This document shows, in pieces, positions 33,061-39,203 of a DNA stretch of 52,359 bases. The stretch comes from Candidatus Magasanikiibacteriota bacterium (lineage in GTDB: Bacteria > Patescibacteriota > Patescibacteriia > Magasanikbacterales > GWA2-37-8), in the NCBI GenBank assembly GCA_023246725.1, contig JAHFHV010000002.1, positions 1 through 52,359 of the forward strand, written 5' to 3'. Both the position numbers and the translations under genes were made by a program. The notes under the pieces were generated by a model. The model saw only the letters and a program-made list of their open reading frames with translations, did no database searches and was not told the origin of the DNA. Position 1 is the stretch's first letter, and each line of letters starts with the position of its first letter.

Positions 33061-33903
33061 TTATTTTTTGGGCAACTGTTTCTTTTTAAACGTTTTAAAT
33101 TTCCCTGATGAAAGGGCGGAGCGGCCGATTTTTTGTTCAATTTGTTTACGAGCATTCCCCGCAATGGCGCCACCCTCACGGGCAACCCGCTTATTCTCTA
33201 AAAAATCTTTTGGTTCTCGTTTTTCGGAAATTGCCGTAGTAGCGGTTTCAGCAAGCATGTTAAGCACGAGTTCTAAATTCGTCATGTTGTCCCGCAGATT
33301 TTCTTTTTTTAGTCCTTTGAGATTTTTGTATTGTTTCGTAGTGAGACCGGCCCACGCTTCGCTAATTTCATCGGTCAAAATCGCAAACTCAACGCCTTCC
33401 CTCACGCCGCGTTTCTCCCATTCGTCAGTAAGCGCTTTACGGACTTCAATACTCTTTAACCGCTGGTTAATCCACTCACGACTGTAACCTTTTTGCACAT
33501 AGGTCTTAAGCGCCCGGTTAATAGCCAATTCCGGGTCAGCAGTTTCTTCTAAACGTTCGTAACCAACTCGGGCTAACCATAGTTTAAAAGGCTCGGCGTT
33601 AGGGGAAGGAATAGACTGGATAAGACGCAGCATAGTTTCGGTATCAGCAACGTCCGTGAGGTAAAATTTGCCGTCAGAAGCACGCATTTTCAGTTGGTTA
33701 CATTTTGTAACCACCTCACTTCCTTCATTTTTTAACCTATTTTTAAGCACTTTCCAATAATTTCTTGGGTCAACGCTCCCCGTAAGTACTCCGATAATAT
33801 CTACTACCGAAAAATACCACAGATCTTTTTCATCATCCCAGTGGCGACGAATATGGTGCCCTTCGAAAAGAGCAATTTGATTGTTTTTGCCTTCTTGTTT
33901 CAT
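33061..33903 (-). CDS. Bro-N domain / DinD-like protein (phage antirepressor-like)
   Basis: The N terminus ..FEGHHIRRHWDDEKDLWYFSVVDIIGVL.. fits the Bro-N pattern. The C-terminal part ..KGLKKENLRDNMTNLELVLNMLAE.. resembles DinD. I trimmed the start to the ATG at 33903. Confidence 0.65.
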   Translation of the reverse strand: MKQEGKNNQIALFEGHHIRRHWDDEKDLWYFSVVDIIGVLTGSVDPRNYWKVLKNRLKNEGSEVVTKCNQLKMRASDGKFYLTDVADTETMLRLIQSIPSPNAEPFKLWLARVGYERLEETADPELAINRALKTYVQKGYSREWINQRLKSIEVRKALTDEWEKRGVREGVEFAILTDEISEAWAGLTTKQYKNLKGLKKENLRDNMTNLELVLNMLAETATTAISEKREPKDFLENKRVAREGGAIAGNARKQIEQKIGRSALSSGKFKTFKKKQLPKK

Positions 33904-33976
33904 AGAGTTAAAATCAATAAAATAAAAATATCTCACTCAAAATTATTGGTATTAAAATTAACTGCCTGAATCATAA

Positions 33977-34009
33977 CAAAAAACAAGGTTGCGGGCAACC
34001 CAAAAAAAA
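33977..34009 (-). terminator. terminator-like hairpin, member of a 3-copy motif
   Basis: AAAAAACAAGGTTGCGGGCAACCCAAAAAAAA on the plus strand. On the minus strand the GGTTG/CAACC stem is followed by a T-rich run. It lies downstream of 34053-34511. Confidence 0.45.
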
Positions 34010-34052
34010 TCCAACGGTTTAGGAAGGATTTTTTGTCTTGATGCAATTTGGA

Positions 34053-34511
34053 TTATTTCCCGCGCGGACGGGTATCAAAGGTGGCGCGCAAAACTTTCAA
34101 AGCCCGCTCGGCATACTTTTTCGCTACCGGATCGGTGGAGTCTAATTGTGATAATAAAAATGTCAAATCAACTCTCATGCGTTGCACGGCTACCGCTAAA
34201 GCTCCCCTGTTAATTTCTGTATCGCTTCCATAACCAGTAGCCGCTTCGGTCCCCTCACGCAGTAACTTTTTCGTTTCATCATCCAAATCAACTGACGATT
34301 TCTTGGGCTTTTCTTCATCAGCTCTAGCGAGGAAATCTCTCAGCGGATTTTCTTCATCAGCTCTAGCGAGGAAATCTTCTAGCCCAGCCTTTTTCTTTGG
34401 ACTTTTTACAACCTCTTGGTGCGCGTCTTTAGGATTGGGTGGTTTGGCTTCGGCGCTACCTCCTGCCAGCAAAGCGGCTAATCCTAACGCCCCAATTTCT
34501 TTTCTTCCCAT
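34053..34511 (-). CDS. small secreted protein with a 39-nt in-frame tandem duplication
   Basis: It has a signal peptide (MGRKEIGALGLAALLAGGSAEA). A 28-nt core is repeated exactly at 34311-34338 and 34350-34377, giving (E)DFLARADEE twice. I trimmed the start to 34511. Confidence 0.55.
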   Translation of the reverse strand: MGRKEIGALGLAALLAGGSAEAKPPNPKDAHQEVVKSPKKKAGLEDFLARADEENPLRDFLARADEEKPKKSSVDLDDETKKLLREGTEAATGYGSDTEINRGALAVAVQRMRVDLTFLLSQLDSTDPVAKKYAERALKVLRATFDTRPRGK

Positions 34512-34596
34512 ATAATAAAAAATTAGAATGATTAAAACCAATCGCCAAGGCTTATAGTACTCTCTCTCTCTCTAAAATGCAAATCCGCTTGTGGAT

Positions 34597-34623
34597 AAAA
34601 AAAACAAGGCTCATGCAACCTTG
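34597..34623 (-). terminator. terminator-like hairpin, member of a 3-copy motif
   Basis: AAAAAAAACAAGGCTCATGCAACCTTG lies downstream of hepT and is near-identical to 36011-36046. Confidence 0.45.
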
Positions 34624-34644
34624 CTGTTAATAATTCCAGCTTAC

Positions 34645-35055
34645 TTACAACCGCCGTAGAATCTCATCTATTTTTACCCCGCCTTTTTTAATTTTGGTAA
34701 AATCTATCACTTTTCCGGCCAGCTTGTTCTGAATTTCTAAAATCTGCTTTTTCAGCTTTGGAATATCTTTTCTAACAATCTTCCATATAATCTCCAAATC
34801 AATCCCAAAATATTCATGAATGAGAACATCGCGCAAATTGGCCATTTTCCTCCAGGGCACTTCCGGATAATCCGCTTTTAAAATTTCGGTAAGATTTTTT
34901 GTGGCTTCACCAATAATTTCCAAACGACGTATGACCGAGTCTTGCAAAGCAACGGAATTTAAAAATTGCCGCGCGGTTTTACGCCTGGCATAGCGCTCAA
35001 TCAATGCAATACATTCAGTGATGTGGCTAATAAGAATTCGCGGATCTTTGCTCAT
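34645..35055 (-). CDS. hepT: HepT (DUF86 HEPN-domain) toxin
   Basis: It has the R(x)4-6H motif in ..NLRDVLIHEYFGIDLEIIW... It is about 136 aa and overlaps mntA by 4 nt. Confidence 0.8.
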   Translation of the reverse strand: MSKDPRILISHITECIALIERYARRKTARQFLNSVALQDSVIRRLEIIGEATKNLTEILKADYPEVPWRKMANLRDVLIHEYFGIDLEIIWKIVRKDIPKLKKQILEIQNKLAGKVIDFTKIKKGGVKIDEILRRL

Positions 35056-35342
35056 AAAATTGGCCGCTGTTCACTCATAATTCGATCGCGCAGGAGAGGA
35101 TGAATGGAGCGGTAGGTTATTACGTCTACTTTTCGATGCAAACGGTCTTCCAGAGCCAATTTGAGGCCGATTAAATCAAAGAGACTTTTTTTCTTACTCG
35201 AAAATTCGATTAGCAAATCAAGGTCGCTCTTAATGGTACTTTCTCCGCGCGCCACCGAACCAAAAACGGCCGCGCGTTTAACGCCATGGCTTTTGAGAAT
35301 AGGGGGAATGGTTTTTTTAATTTTCTGGAATTGGAGATTCAT
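35052..35342 (-). CDS. mntA: MntA minimal nucleotidyltransferase antitoxin
   Basis: It has the motif ..AAVFGSVARGES...SDLDLLIEF.. (GSxxRG...DxD), is 96 aa, and lies upstream of and coupled to hepT. Confidence 0.8.
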   Translation of the reverse strand: MNLQFQKIKKTIPPILKSHGVKRAAVFGSVARGESTIKSDLDLLIEFSSKKKSLFDLIGLKLALEDRLHRKVDVITYRSIHPLLRDRIMSEQRPIL

Positions 35343-35350
35343 ACATTGTT

Positions 35351-35379
35351 AGTATAGCAAAAAGAGCTGGCTTCGGCAA
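35351..35379 (-). promoter_or_regulatory. sigma70-like promoter for mntA-hepT; predicted leaderless
   Basis: The minus strand reads TTGCCG-17 nt-TATACT (TGCTATACT), then 8 nt, then the ATG at 35342. Confidence 0.55.
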
Positions 35380-35381
35380 GT

Positions 35382-35978
35382 CTACGCAACTTCATCATCT
35401 TTATACAACTCCAAAAGCTGTTCTACTGTTCGCTCTTCTTCCGCCCATTTATGGACCATCAATTCGTCTTCCGAGTTATCACTGTCATTTACATTTAATA
35501 CAATACTATCTTTTCGAAGAATACCCATACCCAATAACTGCCGAATTTTATCGCGACAATCACGGCAGGGGTGGAGGGCGTCATGCGCTTTACTATCGTC
35601 ACCAGTTGAGAGTTCTTTTGAAACTGTCACAATTGCCACAATTAACGAAGCGCCGTGTTCCAGGGCTGCCCACATGGCGTTGCTCTCGGCGCACGTTTTT
35701 TCCCAACCTCTTCTCTTAGTGGCATCGGGGGTAAAATTATAGGCAGAATAAACACTATAGTCTCCGGGCAGATTGCCACCATCGATTGTCATCATGGTAC
35801 AACCAACTTTAAATGGCTTGGGTCGGTGCGAATGGGCGTTGTCTCGATTGCGTGCCGCCGCTTGAATCATGGCCTTTTTAAAACGATGGCGAAAATCATC
35901 CACAAACTCTGCCATTTCTCCATCAGTAAAAGCATGCTCTGGCTCTTCGTAACGGCGGACCGCTGATTCTGGTGACAT
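35382..35978 (-). CDS. cytidine/deoxycytidylate deaminase-like zinc enzyme with N-terminal extension
   Basis: It has the CAE motif (..KTCAESNAMWAA..) and the PCxxC motif (..HPCRDCRDKI..), preceded by FKVGCTMMT.. as in tetrameric Cdd enzymes. There is a ~55-aa N-terminal extension and an acidic C-terminal tail. Confidence 0.65.
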   Translation of the reverse strand: MSPESAVRRYEEPEHAFTDGEMAEFVDDFRHRFKKAMIQAAARNRDNAHSHRPKPFKVGCTMMTIDGGNLPGDYSVYSAYNFTPDATKRRGWEKTCAESNAMWAALEHGASLIVAIVTVSKELSTGDDSKAHDALHPCRDCRDKIRQLLGMGILRKDSIVLNVNDSDNSEDELMVHKWAEEERTVEQLLELYKDDEVA

Positions 35979-36010
35979 ATAAAGTAAAGATTAGATGAAA
36001 GAATGGTAAC

Positions 36011-36046
36011 AAAAAAACAAGGCTTATGCAACCTTGTTTTTGTTTT
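36011..36046 (-). terminator. terminator-like hairpin after the DEAD-box helicase, member of a 3-copy motif
   Basis: AAAAAAACAAGGCTTATGCAACCTTGTTTTTG has an ACAAGG/CCTTGT stem with A/T runs on both sides. Confidence 0.5.
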
Positions 36047-36058
36047 CACTACAGCCAA

Positions 36059-36086
36059 GGGATTCCTCGGCTTCGCTCGGAATGAC
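36059..36086. repeat. Family 1 element, solo right arm
   Basis: GGGATTCCTC-ggcttcgc-TCGGAATGAC abuts the helicase stop codon at 36089-36091. Confidence 0.6.
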
Positions 36087-36088
36087 AG

Positions 36089-37360
36089 TTAAAACCGTCT
36101 CCGAAAACCACCACTACGTCCGGGACGCCCGCCACTCGATCGCCCGCCAGACTGCGAGCGTCCACCACTCTGTTGACGAGGCGCGAAAGAATTAAAATTA
36201 TCCCGCGCGACAAAAACCGGCGCGCGGCGCGGGGGCAATACGGGAAGGGCGAGAATCGGTAGGGTTTTACGAATGAGCCGTTCAATCCCTTTTAAATCCG
36301 CGCGCTGATCCGGCGAGGCAAATGAAATGGCTTTGCCGGATTGGCCAGCGCGAGCCGTGCGGCCAATGCGGTGTACATAATCTTCGTGCGCGTCCGGCAA
36401 ATCGTAATTAATCACGATTGAAATATCTTTCACATCAATGCCGCGCGCCGCAATGTCCGTGGCCACCATAATGCGGTACTTGCCGCTTTTGAATCCAGCC
36501 AAGGCTTCTTTGCGCTGGGCCAAGGAGCGGTTAGAGTGAATTTCTACCGCCGTGTGGCCCATGTGCCGAATGCCGGCCGCGATTTTTTTGGCGCCATGTT
36601 TGGTGCGGGAAAAAATTAGAATCGTGCCAAGATTATCAGTGAGCAATTTATCCAAAAGCTGCATTTTAACTTCCTTGGCCACCATAAACACTTCCTGTTC
36701 CACTTTAGTGGCGGCAGTTCCGGCTGGCGCTACTTCAACGCGCAGAGGCATGCGCATATATTTACCGGCCAGCTGGGCAATTTCAGAAGGCATAGTGGCG
36801 GAAAACAACATGGTCTGCCGGTCCGTGGGGACCAGACTCAAAATTTGTTTTATTTGCGGGAGGAATCCAATGTCGAGCATCCGGTCAGCTTCATCCAGCA
36901 CAATAATTTTTACATTGTGGAGCGAAACCGTTTTTTGCTGCAGGTGGTCAACCAACCGGCCGGGCGTGGCCACAATAACGTGCGGCGTACGGCGAAGCCC
37001 CTGAATTTGCAAATGCATGGACGCGCCACCTATTAAAACAACGGTCTTAAGGCCAATGGCGCGGCCTACTTTTTGCAATGTTTCCTCCACTTGCAAGGCC
37101 AGCTCACGGGTAGGTAAAAGAATCAAGCCTTGCCCGCGGCCGGCGGCCAAACGCTGAATCATGGGGATGCCAAAAGCCAGGGTTTTGCCCGTGCCGGTTT
37201 GGGCAATACCCACTAAATCTTTACCCTCCATGGCCGGTGGAATAGCCTGGTGCTGAATGGGCGTTGGCTCGGTAAATTTCTGCTGTTCCAAAATGGCGAG
37301 CAGTTTGGGGGCGATGCCTAAATCGCTGAAGCGCGGCATTGCTGTGTTTTGTTGTGTCAT
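36089..37360 (-). CDS. DEAD-box ATP-dependent RNA helicase with RGG-type C-terminal tail
   Basis: Motifs present: Q motif, AQTGTGKT, PTRELA, DEADRM, SAT and HRIGRTARAG. The tail is ..SGGRSQSGGRSSGGRPGRSGGFRRRF. The start may instead be M8 at 37339. Confidence 0.9.
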   Translation of the reverse strand: MTQQNTAMPRFSDLGIAPKLLAILEQQKFTEPTPIQHQAIPPAMEGKDLVGIAQTGTGKTLAFGIPMIQRLAAGRGQGLILLPTRELALQVEETLQKVGRAIGLKTVVLIGGASMHLQIQGLRRTPHVIVATPGRLVDHLQQKTVSLHNVKIIVLDEADRMLDIGFLPQIKQILSLVPTDRQTMLFSATMPSEIAQLAGKYMRMPLRVEVAPAGTAATKVEQEVFMVAKEVKMQLLDKLLTDNLGTILIFSRTKHGAKKIAAGIRHMGHTAVEIHSNRSLAQRKEALAGFKSGKYRIMVATDIAARGIDVKDISIVINYDLPDAHEDYVHRIGRTARAGQSGKAISFASPDQRADLKGIERLIRKTLPILALPVLPPRRAPVFVARDNFNSFAPRQQSGGRSQSGGRSSGGRPGRSGGFRRRF

Positions 37361-37386
37361 AGTATGGTGAATTACGAAACTAACGC

Positions 37387-37477
37387 CAGACCTCTCCCTG
37401 CCATCTCCTTTGCCAAGGAGAGGGTTTGGCGATTCCTTCTCTCCTTCACAAAGGAGAGAACGGGAAGAGAGGTCTCG
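37387..37477. repeat. Family 2 GC-rich element, inverted relative to 30605-30693
   Basis: The outer stem is GACCTCTCCC...GGGAAGAGAGGTC. The hairpins are TCTCC-tttgccaa-GGAGA and TTCTCTCC-ttcacaaa-GGAGAGAA. It is followed at 37561-37613 by two more GC hairpins (GATGGGGC..GCCCCATC and CCCCTGGC..GCCAGGGG). Confidence 0.8.
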
Positions 37478-37617
37478 TCGCTAATAACTCAAAAATTAGT
37501 GACCCGATTCTCCCGGGCCAATAACAATGACACAAAGAAGTTCGCCTGGCATACGCCGGGCGATGGGGCAGATGCCCCATCGAGTCTTCCCCTGGCGAAT
37601 GCCAGGGGGAAAAGTTT

Positions 37618-37950
37618 CTAAATAATTTTTATTCCAGTCTGTTTAATTTCATTTATCAAGCTTGATCCTTCTCTAAAATCTCTGGGGCTAAAACCAATCG
37701 GCTCAATGGTTGGCTGATAGGGGTTGCCATTCGGCTGGACCCTTTTGAGTAAATATCGCAATGCTTCCCAAGCATCCGTAAAACGCCGAGAAACAACACA
37801 GACATCAATATCGCTCCATTGCCGCGGCGTGCCTTTGGCGTATGAACCAAATACATAAACACCAGCGATCGGCAGACGCGCTTGACGCAACGATTCAACA
37901 TATTGATCAACTTCTTTTAAGATTTTTTTTGGTATTCTCTTTTTAGCCAT
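37618..37950 (-). CDS. minimal nucleotidyltransferase (MNT-type), partner of the HEPN protein
   Basis: It has the motif ..VYVFGSYAKGTPRQWSDIDVCVVS... I trimmed the start to the ATG at 37950. It overlaps the upstream HEPN gene by 34 nt. Confidence 0.75.
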   Translation of the reverse strand: MAKKRIPKKILKEVDQYVESLRQARLPIAGVYVFGSYAKGTPRQWSDIDVCVVSRRFTDAWEALRYLLKRVQPNGNPYQPTIEPIGFSPRDFREGSSLINEIKQTGIKII

Positions 37951-38321
37951 AAATAGATTTGCTGGCAGATGGCATACTGGCGCTTGGTATAAGCGGCCGT
38001 ACACTTTTTATAAAACGCGTATTTCTCGTTATCGTAGCGCCCCGCGATATTAAAAGCGGTAATCTCTTTCAATTGCTGGGCTTGTTTTGCCCTTAGAACC
38101 AAACCTGCCAGCTCGCCCAATCGCGGCAAATTATGAAGATAGGGTGCAAAATCCTTCGTGTGCGCTACCACTAATCCTTTTAAAAGTTTTTCAATTGCTA
38201 AATGGCAAAAGAATAAACAGGCATCGTAACGCCGACCGCGCAACAAATAGCTTGCCGTAGTCATGTTTCGCTCTGCCGTATTTTGCCAGTATTCAAGCTG
38301 GCGGATCATGTTTAACGCCAT
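37917..38321 (-). CDS. HEPN domain protein
   Basis: The pattern ..ASYLLRGRRYDACLFFCHLAIEKLLKGLV...ITAFNIAGRYD.. is typical of HEPN. I trimmed the start to the ATG at 38321. Confidence 0.7.
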   Translation of the reverse strand: MALNMIRQLEYWQNTAERNMTTASYLLRGRRYDACLFFCHLAIEKLLKGLVVAHTKDFAPYLHNLPRLGELAGLVLRAKQAQQLKEITAFNIAGRYDNEKYAFYKKCTAAYTKRQYAICQQIYLWLKREYQKKS

Positions 38322-38428
38322 AATCTTTAAGGAAGCATACCATAAAGGTTTAAAAAGATCAACTTTAGACCAGTTACCAAAGATAAAAATCGATTTTCTT
38401 CCACAGGTGTCATCCACAGCTGCCGATC

Positions 38429-38457
38429 TTGACTTTTACCAGAATAAATGATACCAT
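38429..38457 (+). promoter_or_regulatory. sigma70-like promoter of the second G+C-rich cassette
   Basis: TTGACT-17 nt-TACCAT (TGaTACCAT) lies about 45 nt upstream of the ATG at 38501. Confidence 0.45.
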
Positions 38458-38500
38458 TGTAAATCCGCAATCACGCGGAAAAGAGAAAGGAAGGTGACCG

Positions 38501-38899
38501 ATGTCGCGAGAGGAGCTCCAAGCCATACTCGATGGCAGCCCCGTCGCCAAGTACCACCGGCTGTTAGCCCGCGATGACGGAAGTGTGAGGTGCGTCGTCC
38601 GAAAGGAGGAAACCGGGGCAGATGGGTATCTCTGCCCTTCCGTCATCGACTTGATGCTTCGCGCGGTCGGCCACGGGCTGGTGGAGAAATCGACGATGGG
38701 ACCCAGGTTCCAGATGGACGAGTACGGCAAGGTCAGGGTGGGTGCCGTCGTCGTGGCCACTGGTCGGATCGCTCTGAACACCGATGTTCGGGACGTCCTC
38801 ATAATCATCGAAGCTGAGCTTCACGAGGAGGGCGCCAGCCAAGGAGTCTCATCGGAACGAGTCGCATCGGCGGCATACGGCAGACGCCGGACGAAGTAA
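38501..38899 (+). CDS. hypothetical protein in a G+C-rich island (weak hotdog/PaaI-like pattern)
   Basis: The SD AGGAAGG lies 7 nt upstream of the ATG. Third codon positions are mostly G/C. The ORF track shows overlapping ORFs in several frames across 38410-39032, typical of high-GC DNA. The N terminus EELQAIL..SPVAKYHRLLA...VRCVV and the later GKVRVGAVVVATGRI faintly resemble PaaI-type thioesterases, but the HGG motif is absent. Confidence 0.5.
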   Translation: MSREELQAILDGSPVAKYHRLLARDDGSVRCVVRKEETGADGYLCPSVIDLMLRAVGHGLVEKSTMGPRFQMDEYGKVRVGAVVVATGRIALNTDVRDVLIIIEAELHEEGASQGVSSERVASAAYGRRRTK

Positions 38900-38976
38900 C
38901 CAACCCACACAACAACAAGGAGGAGAACATGCGCACGCGCGCGCCCCCGTAACAGGCAGGCGTGTGTGTGACATAC

Positions 38977-39052
38977 GGCCACTCGCACCCCTGCTCAAGT
39001 CCCGATACAATCGAGGTTTGAGTAGGAGACAATTGCGAGTGGCCTTTTGTTT
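38977..39052 (+). terminator. structured 3' element ending in a Rho-independent terminator
   Basis: GGCCACTCGCA...TGCGAGTGGCC is an 11-bp stem enclosing about 46 nt with internal pairing, followed by TTTTGTTT. Confidence 0.55.
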
Positions 39053-39074
39053 ACTACGAGGCGTTTAGGCAGTT

Positions 39075-39152
39075 GTCATTTCGACCGAGTGAAACGAGTG
39101 GAGAAATCTCGCACAATTGACGACGAGATCCCTCGACTTCGCTCGGGATGAC
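39075..39152. repeat. Family 1 palindromic element, single full unit
   Basis: The unit reads GTCATTTCGA-ccgagtgaaacgagt-GGAGAAATCTC...GAGATCCCTC-gacttcgc-TCGGGATGAC. Confidence 0.85.
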
Positions 39153-39203
39153 AACGAACCGCGTGAATCTGCGTTACTATCCGCGTTTATCCGCTTCTAC
39201 AAA

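Noticed and set aside
33061-33903. Bro-N/DinD-like gene as evidence for a prophage
   Set aside because: No integrase, capsid, terminase or other phage structural genes are nearby. A single antirepressor-like gene is insufficient.
34559-34575. (CT)n microsatellite upstream of the small secreted protein gene
   Set aside because: It is a short simple repeat in an intergenic spacer. There is no evidence of phase-variable placement relative to a promoter or start codon.
36049-36285. 78-aa ORF overlapping the 3' end of the DEAD-box helicase
   Set aside because: It is an alternative frame of the helicase RGG tail plus the family 1 solo arm (..CHSERSRGIPWL) and is not independent coding.
38410-39032. 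Minus-strand and alternative-frame ORFs in the G+C-rich island (38410-38808, 38564-38842, 38590-38817, 38805-39032)
   Set aside because: They are shadow ORFs typical of high-GC DNA. Only 38501-38899(+) has an SD, a promoter and G/C-biased third positions.
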